53,552 nt of DNA from Spirochaetota bacterium. GTDB taxonomy: Bacteria > Spirochaetota > UBA4802 > JAGODF01. This document shows, piece by piece, positions 17,366 to 25,915 of this stretch. Both the position numbers and the translations under genes were made by a program. The notes under the pieces were generated by a model. The model saw nothing but the letters and a program-made list of their open reading frames with translations, was not told the DNA's origin and did not search any database. Within the stretch, counting starts at the first letter, position 1. Every line of letters starts with the position of its first letter. The stretch spans positions 1-53,552 of the forward strand of contig JAGODF010000001.1 in the NCBI GenBank assembly GCA_017998375.1, read 5' to 3'.

Positions 17366-17965
17366 TTATGGAATTCGTTGTTCATCTTCATCTAATAGCT
17401 CCTGTGGATCACGGGCCGGAACAACCGTGATTGTTTCAGTATGCCCTACATCTTCCTGGACCATCCCGAGGATTTTAACGAGCAATGCCAGGGCCGCGAT
17501 CTTGTCATACATTACAACAGAAAAAGATTCTGAGCCGCTAACACTGGTTTTGTGCCTCAAGGATTTAACAGCCCTGGTATCAACTTCTGATAGATTGTGA
17601 AGGTTTATATTGCCGTTTGAGAAATTAATAATATCAAAAATATCGCTAAAAGCAATGGCTTGAATTTCAGCCAGAGTTCGACCGCATAATGCTTCACGCG
17701 AGGCCCAGAGTGTATCGAGGCGCTCTTGGATGGCTCCGGAAATGTTGCTTTTTGTTAACAGTCGTGCTGCGGCGGCTCTTGCAGCATTTGCTTTTGCCAA
17801 TGGGTATGCAGCTCTGTAGCTTGCCGATCCGTTCATCGTTCTTATATATTCTAAAACGAAAACACGCTGTCGGTCGTTTAATGAATCCCATGCGGATATT
17901 TCAACCTGATGCCCTGGTTTTGTTTTCTTCCTTGATGCCTTAATGATTTCAGTATTATCGTTCAT
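17366..17965 (-). CDS. terS: Phage terminase small subunit (Terminase_2 / P27-like)
   Basis: LNDRQRVFVLEYIRTMNGSASYRAAYPLAKANAARAAAARLLTKSNISGAI fits the pattern LT.KQ..F..EY....N...A...AGYS.......A..LL....V...I. Confidence 0.65.
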   Translation of the reverse strand: MNDNTEIIKASRKKTKPGHQVEISAWDSLNDRQRVFVLEYIRTMNGSASYRAAYPLAKANAARAAAARLLTKSNISGAIQERLDTLWASREALCGRTLAEIQAIAFSDIFDIINFSNGNINLHNLSEVDTRAVKSLRHKTSVSGSESFSVVMYDKIAALALLVKILGMVQEDVGHTETITVVPARDPQELLDEDEQRIP

Positions 17966-18179
17966 TTTTCTTTTTACTCTTTCGTTTGGCTTGGCATTCC
18001 GGACAGTATGGCCAGCAGCGATAAATTACCCAACCGCCGCGATCAGGCGAAATAAAATCGCTATAGTATATCCAGTTAAAGCAATTTCTACACCAGACCC
18101 ATGGACGGGATTGATCATCTGGTATTTTAAATTTCAACTTGTACCTTCCTTGCCCGCACCACTCAATAAATATGGGCAA
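17955..18179 (-). CDS. Small Cys-rich (zinc-ribbon-like) protein
   Basis: CRNC...CPEC; TTG start only; overlaps terS by 11 nt. Confidence 0.35.
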   Translation of the reverse strand: MPIFIEWCGQGRYKLKFKIPDDQSRPWVWCRNCFNWIYYSDFISPDRGGWVIYRCWPYCPECQAKRKSKKKNER

Positions 18180-18189
18180 ATGCTATATA

Positions 18190-18465
18190 TTAAGCCTGCT
18201 GCATTTCCCAATCGAGATAAAAGCATGATCGTAATATATCTTCAGTCACTTCACGCCAATATGATGCTTTTTGAGCAATCATCTCTTCTTTGGTTAATCC
18301 AGGTGAACAATCCCCCTTTGCCTTTTCCCATTCATCATCATGATTAGCATTAATTATCTCATTGACACCTTCATCCAAATATTTTTTTATTTTAGATTCT
18401 TGTTCTATTTTATACTTTTCCAATTTGAGGTTTTTCGAAAATTCACTTGTTTGTTGATTACTCAT
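18190..18465 (-). CDS. Hypothetical protein
   Basis: Strong RBS AAGGAGATAAAA before the ATG at 18465; 91 aa, charged. Confidence 0.5.
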   Translation of the reverse strand: MSNQQTSEFSKNLKLEKYKIEQESKIKKYLDEGVNEIINANHDDEWEKAKGDCSPGLTKEEMIAQKASYWREVTEDILRSCFYLDWEMQQA

Positions 18466-18551
18466 TTTTATCTCCTTGAATTATAATGTAATTCCATTCC
18501 ATGCATTAGTACTGCCAAAAAAGACATGTAGAACAATCTATATTTGCACTT

Positions 18552-18660
18552 GAAACTGCAAACAGCGCAAACACAACAAACGAAAACAATATAAATTAAA
18601 GTAAAGTGTTTGCGTTATTGGTATTGTTTGTGTTGTTTGCATCGTTTGTGTTGTTGGTGT
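18552..18660. other. Candidate replication origin: inverted arrays of 9-bp-phased CAAAC/GTTTG iterons flanking an AT-rich core
   Basis: CAAAC at 18559, 18568 and 18577. GTTTG at 18608, 18626, 18635 and 18644, with degenerate copies at 18617 and 18653. AT-rich spacer 18586-18607. The region straddles the stop codon of the primase-helicase gene. Confidence 0.45.
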
Positions 18661-20503
18661 TTTTTGTAGATACCGCCTGATATTCTCCTCGTGATGATCT
18701 GATAATTTGACCGGCTTCGCACATTTTCATTAGCAAGAATCTGGTTGTACTTTGATTTTTGTTAAGAACTTGTGCGATGTCCTTCGGTTTCATCGACCCA
18801 TTTGCGGCCCGTAGTGTGTCGATTATTTCTTGACGTGCTTTACTGTCAGCAATCTCTGTTGCGTCTCCCACTATCTCCCAGCGGCATGTTGGAGTGTCAA
18901 ACCTGACAGCAAGTTCGCGCTCCTCAATATCGCGTCCCGTTATCGATAGCACAGCGTCACCTTGTCCTCGCTTGCGTGCCAATATTAAAACAGTATCGGC
19001 TACACCTGTTATTCCAATTGATCCCACAGCGGCATGAATGAAATCTGTAACTTCTGCTTTCTTAGCATGGTGAACAACAATTATTGCAATTCCATATTCA
19101 TCCGCGAATGCCTTTATCGGAGTAAGTGCTGCTGTCGTTTGCGAGTAGTCATTATTGTCTTTGACAGTGGTAAAGCGTGCAAGGGTATCGATAATTATAA
19201 CTGTGGTGTCAGGGTGTTCATCCATCCACTTGTGTAGCCAGATAAATCCTTTTCCGTCTGGAGCCCAATTTGTCATGATGTGGCAATTATCGGATGGAAC
19301 CGCAGACTGTTTTTTTAATCTATTTTTAATACGTCGTGGCGTGTCCTCAAGGAATAGAGAAAGGGTGCGTCCCAATGGTATCGGAATACTACCTAAGATG
19401 GTTCCCCCCATGGACATGGTAATGGCTATATCGAGACCAAACCATGATTTACCAATTTTTGGCGTACCCGCTAGGACTGTGAGTCCTTGGGGTATGATGC
19501 CAGGTATGATGTAAATGGGTTCTGGGAAATCTGTAGTGATGAGTTCTGCTGCAGTCCAAACCTTAAAGTTGGGTTCAGTATTTTTGGTTTTCATTCTTGG
19601 GCATGTCTTTATATATTCCACCAAGTCTAATCCTTCAGACTGTGCATCTGCGATATCCCATCCCTTTGGCTTTCCGGTGATTTGGAGGACCTCTGCGTGA
19701 GGAAGTTTTGCTTTAATGTCCTCGGCTGCTTGAAACCCCGCCAGATCGTTGTCCGGCCATATAATGGTCTTGTGTCCTCGTAATGGTTTCCAGTCAGTTT
19801 TATTAACTGCCTGAGAACCCCCAATCCATGTCACGGTAATATATCCCGGTACTTGGACCTCAGCGCACTTCTCTCCCTCAACGATGATGATTGGAAGGGT
19901 GCTCACAGTAAATTTGTCGATATTATATAACGGTCTATTGTTTTTTTTAGGATTGCCTGCAGTCCATTTGCCAGCCGTAGTGAAGTAATATGGAACAATA
20001 TTTTTTTTCCCATCTTTTTCGTGGCGAATAACTACTACCCATGATCTTTTATTGAAACGATAGTTCCAAACGGCGATGGCTTTGCCGAATTTTTCGACAA
20101 TGAATTTATTTGTTAGATGGATTTCAAGGTCATTTAATCTTTCATCGGGATTATACTCGGCTGGTATATGAAGAGTAGAATTATTTTGTTTCACGGGTGT
20201 TGAGTGAAATGTATCTGATGTAAGATGGCCAGCTGCCTCAACGATGATATTGGCTGCCTCGATCTTTGAAATTCCCTGGAATTTTTCAAGCAGGGTGATC
20301 ATATCGCCTTGGTCGTTGGAGGAAAAATCATTGTACAATCCAGATTCTGATATGCTAAACGAACCTGGATTTTTATCGTTGCGAAGAGGATTCTGAATCC
20401 AATATTCTCCGTGCTTCCATTCCCCACCAGGGAAAAGTCGTGAAATAATAGAGGGTGATATGGACTGGCGAGCCTGATCGAAGATGTCAGGATGAGTATT
20501 CAT
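18596..20503 (-). CDS. Bifunctional primase-helicase (Toprim domain + RecA-like/AAA_25 ATPase + C-terminal wHTH)
   Basis: Toprim IIIVEGEKCAE...IWPDNDLAGFQAAE. Walker A LAGTPKIGKS; Walker B VIIIDTLARF. ATG at 20503 after AAAGGGG. N/T-rich low-complexity tail. Confidence 0.75.
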   Translation of the reverse strand: MNTHPDIFDQARQSISPSIISRLFPGGEWKHGEYWIQNPLRNDKNPGSFSISESGLYNDFSSNDQGDMITLLEKFQGISKIEAANIIVEAAGHLTSDTFHSTPVKQNNSTLHIPAEYNPDERLNDLEIHLTNKFIVEKFGKAIAVWNYRFNKRSWVVVIRHEKDGKKNIVPYYFTTAGKWTAGNPKKNNRPLYNIDKFTVSTLPIIIVEGEKCAEVQVPGYITVTWIGGSQAVNKTDWKPLRGHKTIIWPDNDLAGFQAAEDIKAKLPHAEVLQITGKPKGWDIADAQSEGLDLVEYIKTCPRMKTKNTEPNFKVWTAAELITTDFPEPIYIIPGIIPQGLTVLAGTPKIGKSWFGLDIAITMSMGGTILGSIPIPLGRTLSLFLEDTPRRIKNRLKKQSAVPSDNCHIMTNWAPDGKGFIWLHKWMDEHPDTTVIIIDTLARFTTVKDNNDYSQTTAALTPIKAFADEYGIAIIVVHHAKKAEVTDFIHAAVGSIGITGVADTVLILARKRGQGDAVLSITGRDIEERELAVRFDTPTCRWEIVGDATEIADSKARQEIIDTLRAANGSMKPKDIAQVLNKNQSTTRFLLMKMCEAGQIIRSSRGEYQAVSTKNTNNTNDANNTNNTNNANTLL

Positions 20504-20545
20504 ACACACACCCCTTTTGCGACATCAATATAAGGTTTGATGAGT

Positions 20546-20728
20546 TCATTTCTTACCTCCGCAGTCCGAAGGTAAAAAGCTAATTTCGCGGGTTATAGTG
20601 TATCGAGCAAAACGGCCCCCGTGTCGAATTATCTCTAATTTTATTGAACCATGGGAAACTCCTGCGATTTCTTTTTCAAACTGGGATATTATTTCTTGAG
20701 GAATAAAATTTTTTTTGGTGGGTTCCAT
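20546..20728 (-). CDS. Small protein, YezD/DUF2292-like
   Basis: GVSHGSIKLEIIRHGGRFARYTITRE resembles the YGSV.L.+.+G+V pattern. The ATG overlaps the upstream stop (TAATG). Confidence 0.35.
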   Translation of the reverse strand: MEPTKKNFIPQEIISQFEKEIAGVSHGSIKLEIIRHGGRFARYTITREISFLPSDCGGKK

Positions 20729-20949
20729 TATTTTCCCTCCACAGCAATTGAATGCTCTTGCAAAAATGAATTTATTTCATCAAGATCATACCTGACCGAT
20801 CTCCCAATTTTATAATGAGGAATTTTTTTTTGTGATGTCCACAGCCTGACAGTTTGATTGGAGATGTTCAGATAATTGGCGAGTTGTTTCCCGTTAATTT
20901 TTTTTTGAAGCCAGAAACAATCACGAGGGTTTTCTTCTGGGGTTTTCAT
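20728..20949 (-). CDS. AlpA/excisionase-family HTH protein
   Basis: LANYLNISNQTVRLWTSQKKIPHYKIGRSVRYDLDEINSFL (HTH_17-type). ATG at 20949 after AGGAAGG. Confidence 0.7.
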   Translation of the reverse strand: MKTPEENPRDCFWLQKKINGKQLANYLNISNQTVRLWTSQKKIPHYKIGRSVRYDLDEINSFLQEHSIAVEGK

Positions 20950-21403
20950 AGCCGACACCTTCCTGCATTTTATCAGAAAATGTGCGCGGGCTATTTGGTG
21001 CCGAATTGCGCGAAGCTCACTGAAAAATGAAATATCGTGAACTTTATATAAACACCTTAATAGATAGCTGATCTTTTGTCAACAATTAAATATTCCATTA
21101 AACATAGTCATAACAAGATAAATTTTGAATATATGTATATCAGGCGATTTTAAAATGAGGCAAGTAATCGGACAAAAGAGTTAGTTATGTCATGTATGAG
21201 CTAATGATAATAGAAAAAGCAATAATATATTAAACAAGTCGGAATTCCCTATTCTAGGAAGAACTTTTTGCAAACATGATTATTTTGAGAGAAAACAATT
21301 ACAGTGAGAGGGTTACATTTAAATAATTGAAAACTTAGAATACTTGACAAAAATAATAAAATTGTAAAATATGTATTAATCAAAACAACATCAATAATTT
21401 AGC

Positions 21404-21856
21404 ATGTTGATAAAAAAAGCAAAAGCGAATCTTGACATCGCGCGATATTGTGCAGGTTGTTCAGATGTTAGCTATTATTCAGTTGGTGCGTCAAGAGCTT
21501 ATTACTCAATTTTTCAATCAGCAAAGTCGATATTGCAAAATGGATCATTCGATTATTTTTCTTTTCTGAACACAATACCAAAGAGAAAGGAATATGATCA
21601 TGATAATCATAAGCCTTATTCTCATGGTACAATATCTTCTGCTTTATGCACTTATATTTCCAAACGTCCCAAATATATCGAAGAAACTCATAAATATTTA
21701 CAATTTCAAATAAATGCGACTTTTAGCGCACTTTATAGTTTGCGAGTTCAAGCCGATTATGAGGGTAAGGACATCGAAATAAGTATTCTTAACGACGCTA
21801 TAAAGAAAGCCGAAAAACTAATATCTGATCTAAAATTATTTATTGGATTTAATTAG
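21404..21856 (+). CDS. HEPN-domain-like protein (putative toxin of a TAC-like operon)
   Basis: AKANLDIARYC...SRAYYSIFQSAKSIL, YSHGTISSAL and LYSLRVQADYEGKD match the classical HEPN helix pattern (A..dL..A...YyA.f.a.kAlL...sH.g...lR..adY). Confidence 0.5.
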   Translation: MLIKKAKANLDIARYCAGCSDVSYYSVGASRAYYSIFQSAKSILQNGSFDYFSFLNTIPKRKEYDHDNHKPYSHGTISSALCTYISKRPKYIEETHKYLQFQINATFSALYSLRVQADYEGKDIEISILNDAIKKAEKLISDLKLFIGFN

Positions 21857-22349
21857 CATGGATTACGAAATAGCAAATATAATTAGAGACCATATTTATG
21901 AGTATAAATACAGATTCGGATTTTTACCTGTAAAACTATCTATAATAAATAATGAGATATTTGTTCTTATAAATTCACTCGAAGTATTAGATAATAATGA
22001 ATACCAAGAGATGATTTATAATTTTAATACTGAATATTTCAAGAGAGGTTATGTTAATATTTATTGGGGTATAGATGATTTCATTGATGACGATTTTAGT
22101 CAATTGTATGAATATAGTAATTTCATCATTCCTATGATCAAAACATCATCAGCAAATATTTTAAATGAATTTGATCTAACAAAGAATCTTGATAATTATT
22201 TAAATATATTTGATAATTGCCAAAACGATATCGAAACTACGGGAAAAATAACAACGTATTTGGATTATAATAAAGATAAGCAACCAATAAAAGAGAATGT
22301 AATAAAAAACAAATTTGTTCCTAATGTAAATTTTACACTAGCGGCATAA
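21843..22349 (+). CDS. Acidic hypothetical protein (putative antitoxin of a TAC-like operon)
   Basis: Overlaps the HEPN gene by 14 nt (an alternative ATG at 21858 starts 2 nt after the HEPN stop, leaving a 1-nt gap). D/E/N-rich; no MNT GS..D.D motif; ends 2 nt before the SecB-like gene. Confidence 0.45.
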   Translation: MDLISMDYEIANIIRDHIYEYKYRFGFLPVKLSIINNEIFVLINSLEVLDNNEYQEMIYNFNTEYFKRGYVNIYWGIDDFIDDDFSQLYEYSNFIIPMIKTSSANILNEFDLTKNLDNYLNIFDNCQNDIETTGKITTYLDYNKDKQPIKENVIKNKFVPNVNFTLAA

Positions 22350-22351
22350 AT

Positions 22352-22825
22352 ATGAATAACCAGATACTTTTAAATTTTGAAAAAATTTACTATCCTGAAA
22401 TTCGTCTTTCGTATAATCCGAAGTATAAAAATAATTATGATATGTTTACAGATGTAAGGGAAATTGAGTGTAAAATATCTATTGCTGGGAATGTTAATAT
22501 TATTAACGATAATAAATTGATTTGTATTGTAAACTGCAATGTTATGTGTAACCATAAGGACTTTGCAGATTTTTCGAGATTAAATATTATTTCACATGGG
22601 ATATTTGCTACCCCAGATAAATTTTCCATTGAAACAGTTCAAGAGTATCATCAGAATTTTTATGCTATAGTATACCCATTTATTCGAGAGACGGCTCATA
22701 GTGTATTTATGAAAAATAGAATAAGCTTTATTATGCCAATAATAAACTTTCTTCAAACAATTAAAGACAATCCTTCTAATTTTAAAATTATGCAAACAAA
22801 TAACAATGGAGATGATAAAGCCTAA
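22352..22825 (+). CDS. SecB-like chaperone
   Basis: LNFEKIYYPEIRLSYNP aligns with E. coli SecB FQIQRIYTKDISFEAPN. SHGIFAT...FYAIVYPFIRETAHSVFMKNRISFIMPIINF aligns with GGIFSI...[32 protein letters not shown]. Confidence 0.7.
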   Translation: MNNQILLNFEKIYYPEIRLSYNPKYKNNYDMFTDVREIECKISIAGNVNIINDNKLICIVNCNVMCNHKDFADFSRLNIISHGIFATPDKFSIETVQEYHQNFYAIVYPFIRETAHSVFMKNRISFIMPIINFLQTIKDNPSNFKIMQTNNNGDDKA

Positions 22826-22871
22826 TTTCGTTGATAAAGCTAAAACTGAGAAAATTTGACTTGGAATCAAC

Positions 22872-23456
22872 TTAAGTAAACATAATTGTTTGTCGTCCCC
22901 TGTGTCTTGGTTTGTAATCACTTTCTAAAGGATTATCCGAGGCTAATGCATTCCCAAGTGATTTGAAGTCGTTAGCCTTTAGGCCAACTTTGTTGTCTGT
23001 TTCTAGAAGCGTAAACAGGTCTTGATGGTTCCCAAGAAGGTATGAAAAGAAATCCGATATCTTTTTGAACCAAGCTTTGAACTCGTTATTGAAATCCCAG
23101 TCTTTGATCGAAATGAGGCGCTTCTTGGTAATATGACTGACACGTTGATGTAACCGATCAAGAAATGCATTGTCAGCAGATGAGAGTTCGATTGAATTGT
23201 AATTATAGTCCGAAGAATTAATATCTCTATTATCTGTCCTAGTTAAGAGCAGTATCAAATTTCGCGTGTGCGTACAAAGCCCCTCAAGCAATCCGCCACG
23301 AACTGCCAGGTCAATGGCCGGTTCGGAAATCCAACCGAGTTCACCATTCATTTTTCTAGTCCAGAAAACATGAAGTGCCTTTGCCATGAGAAGCGCCATC
23401 TCGGCTTCGTAATGGATATGCTTTAAACCTTGTATCTTCTCATCGAGGTTTAACAT
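22872..23456 (-). CDS. Hypothetical protein
   Basis: ATG start, 194 aa, predicted helical; no domain recognised by eye. Confidence 0.45.
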   Translation of the reverse strand: MLNLDEKIQGLKHIHYEAEMALLMAKALHVFWTRKMNGELGWISEPAIDLAVRGGLLEGLCTHTRNLILLLTRTDNRDINSSDYNYNSIELSSADNAFLDRLHQRVSHITKKRLISIKDWDFNNEFKAWFKKISDFFSYLLGNHQDLFTLLETDNKVGLKANDFKSLGNALASDNPLESDYKPRHRGRQTIMFT

Positions 23457-23489
23457 TAAAATAAACCCTCCCTCATTGATGTTATAAAG

Positions 23490-24224
23490 TTAATTCTCAT
23501 TTCTTATAAGACATTTCAGTGTTTTAATTATCTCGGATTTCGGAACATTATCGCCGGATTCTAATTTTCTTAACAATTCACCAGGCGATAAAACATTGTT
23601 ATTATCTTGAATGAGTTGCTTTTCAGAAGGGGTAAAAGATACAATTTTGCAAAATACTTCTAATTCTGGCCCAAATCCCAATTGCCTATTAAAACTATAT
23701 GTTGCCTCTGGCCCAAAATATGCGACTTTTGTGATTATAATTTTACCAGAGAAAAGCTTTGATTCTTCAAATTTTTCAATGATGGCTGATGATGTTGCAT
23801 TATGTTGAGTATTGATTTCAGCTTGGCTGAATATTTTAAAAAAAATTCGATTTTTCTTATAGTTTTCTGTGTGGGTAATGGGTGACTCATAACAGTTAAG
23901 CCTGAAATAACGATTTTCTCCACCAAGCGTTTCACGTTTGAAAGTATCTCTCACAAACAAACACGAATCCGTGGAGGAAATTTGTTTGCCATTAACAAAT
24001 ATTGAATCTAAAATATGCCTTATTTCTTGATCTGCTTTTTTTGCCTTAATTGACAAGCCTTTCTCTTGATATTCATTCGCATCTTTTGCTAAATAAAATA
24101 CCTTATTCAATTTATCAAAATCGATTACTTGCTTATTTTCCGCGAAAGTAATTGAATTAAAAGATAGAAATGCAAAACTACATAATCCAATAATTAGTAT
24201 TTTCATTTTTAGCCTCTTTGTCAT
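23490..24224 (-). CDS. Secreted hypothetical protein
   Basis: Signal peptide MKILIIGLCSFAFLSFNSITFA; no recognisable domain. Confidence 0.5.
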   Translation of the reverse strand: MTKRLKMKILIIGLCSFAFLSFNSITFAENKQVIDFDKLNKVFYLAKDANEYQEKGLSIKAKKADQEIRHILDSIFVNGKQISSTDSCLFVRDTFKRETLGGENRYFRLNCYESPITHTENYKKNRIFFKIFSQAEINTQHNATSSAIIEKFEESKLFSGKIIITKVAYFGPEATYSFNRQLGFGPELEVFCKIVSFTPSEKQLIQDNNNVLSPGELLRKLESGDNVPKSEIIKTLKCLIRNEN

Positions 24225-24289
24225 GTTAAATAATCGACAGTTAATATTATGCTAACTGTTGTAAAAAATATCAAGGTATAATATTCAGA

Positions 24290-25144
24290 TTATGCTTTAT
24301 TCATCCTTTCGCATAGTTTATCCAAAGTCTGAAACTCGTCTTTTGAAAGTTTAACAGTGCCAGAGTAATAACCATTTACGCATTTTGCCAGTTTCTTCAA
24401 AACATGATTCAATGCCCTGCGGATAAACCTTGCTTCAATATCAGAAAATTCAGTGATATATAATCGTGATGTTTCCTTTTTCACAGTTTTATTCCTGAGT
24501 TCGTTCCGCGTAATATTCTTTTCCGCTCTTTGTTTTATCAGACTCTTTTTTATGGTTTTATCTTTAATTGCCCTTATCTCAGAAAAATCCTGTAAAGTCA
24601 CGCCGCGTGACTTTTTTAGAATCTCCATATTATCCGGATCACTTTCAATTTCTTTAATCCCCGAAAACAAGTTCTTGATATACCCTTCAGCCTTTCCAAG
24701 GATTCCGGCAATCTGTTTAATCGTCAATCCTTCTTGCCGTAATTTCTTTAATGCATGATACAGTTCAATAGGCTTTAAATCAACCCTCTGGACGTTTTCT
24801 ATCAATTGCCTGATGATGATATTTTTATCGTCGGTGATTATCGCTTGAATAGAGTGATACTGGTCTTTATTTTCCTTGTAAAGCTCGCGATATGCACGTA
24901 ATCGTCTGTGTCCGATAATACAAAGATAATCTTCTCCATCTTTACACACGGTAATCGGTTGAATCAGACCGACTGTTTTTATACTTTCCTTCAAATCGTC
25001 AATATCACAAGTATCATGCTCCCTGAGATTCTGCCTGGCTGATATTTGACCGATAGGGATTGTCTTAATGGTAACGGTTCCAGTATCCCGAGTCCCTGTT
25101 CTTTCAGTTACTTGTTTCAGTAGTTCTAATTTTGCCATGTTCAT
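24290..25144 (-). CDS. parB: ParB-family partition protein
   Basis: ParB N-terminal domain: LKESIKTVGLIQPITV...IIGHRRLRAY. Overlaps parA by 4 nt. Confidence 0.8.
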   Translation of the reverse strand: MNMAKLELLKQVTERTGTRDTGTVTIKTIPIGQISARQNLREHDTCDIDDLKESIKTVGLIQPITVCKDGEDYLCIIGHRRLRAYRELYKENKDQYHSIQAIITDDKNIIIRQLIENVQRVDLKPIELYHALKKLRQEGLTIKQIAGILGKAEGYIKNLFSGIKEIESDPDNMEILKKSRGVTLQDFSEIRAIKDKTIKKSLIKQRAEKNITRNELRNKTVKKETSRLYITEFSDIEARFIRRALNHVLKKLAKCVNGYYSGTVKLSKDEFQTLDKLCERMNKA

Positions 25145-25914
25145 ATCCCCTTTCCGTTCAAGTTAACTGCTAGGGTTTCTGCCATGTAATTCTTAATTTC
25201 AGCGTATTGTCGTACTGTTTCTTGCCGGTCGTTTATCCGGTAGCCGTCATCATTGATATACTTTTTAATGGCTGATGATCGAGTTAATTGAGCGGTGATA
25301 AATGGTGATATTCCAGCGTCATGCCTGAAAAGATTTACAACCTGATTGGTGAATGTGCTCAGGTTTTCTGTCCTTGGTTTGTCGTACTGGTTGAACACAA
25401 CATTTATTTCAAGGTTGGCAAGATCAAGGTCGGCAAGTTTTTCAAACAGGAATTTAAGAGCCTGAAAATTGAATACATCGGGGATTACTGGAATAATTAA
25501 TGTATCACTTGCATATAAAACATTGATAATGATGTTATCATAGGAAGGTGCTGTGTCGATTATCACATAATCATATTCAGTCAATTCATGTATCTGTCTT
25601 TTCAGCCGCTTATAATTATCAATGCTTCGAAAGTCCGAAAGCCTGACATCCGCGTGAACAAGGTCAAGGAGGTCATGTATCAGAATAGTGTTTTCAAGAA
25701 TACCATTACCAGCAAATACTTTAAAAATGTTTTTATCATGAATTGTTTCAAAGGGTATCCCGGAGTTGTAGTAAAACGAAAGGGAATGGTTTGCTGTATC
25801 CGTGTCAATGGCAAGGCATTTGTAACCGGCACTGATTAGACTGTTCAAGGTAATTATTGACAGAGTGCTTTTACCGGTGCCGCCCTTTGTGGTGTGGAAG
25901 GATATAGTTTTCAT
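25141..25914 (-). CDS. parA: ParA/Soj-family partition ATPase
   Basis: Deviant Walker A TTKGGTGKST; Walker B YVIIDTAP. Confidence 0.85.
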   Translation of the reverse strand: MKTISFHTTKGGTGKSTLSIITLNSLISAGYKCLAIDTDTANHSLSFYYNSGIPFETIHDKNIFKVFAGNGILENTILIHDLLDLVHADVRLSDFRSIDNYKRLKRQIHELTEYDYVIIDTAPSYDNIIINVLYASDTLIIPVIPDVFNFQALKFLFEKLADLDLANLEINVVFNQYDKPRTENLSTFTNQVVNLFRHDAGISPFITAQLTRSSAIKKYINDDGYRINDRQETVRQYAEIKNYMAETLAVNLNGKGI

Positions 25915-25915
25915 A

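Noticed and set aside
20967-20975. Extended -10-like TGATAAAAT (minus strand) as the alpA promoter
   Set aside because: It ends only about 18 nt from the ATG at 20949. The predicted transcription start would fall inside the AGGAAGG RBS, so the geometry is implausible unless the GTG at 20958 or a leaderless mode is used.
21843-22349. Middle gene of the HEPN operon considered as the canonical MNT (nucleotidyltransferase) antitoxin
   Set aside because: No GS-X(n)-D-X-D minimal nucleotidyltransferase motif is visible. I therefore treat it as an unclassified putative antitoxin rather than calling a HEPN-MNT pair.
24237-24259. Inverted repeat ACAGTTA-N9-TAACTGT downstream of parB, considered as parS
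   Set aside because: It has only 7-bp arms, occurs as a single copy and does not resemble the canonical parS palindrome. It could equally be a weak terminator.
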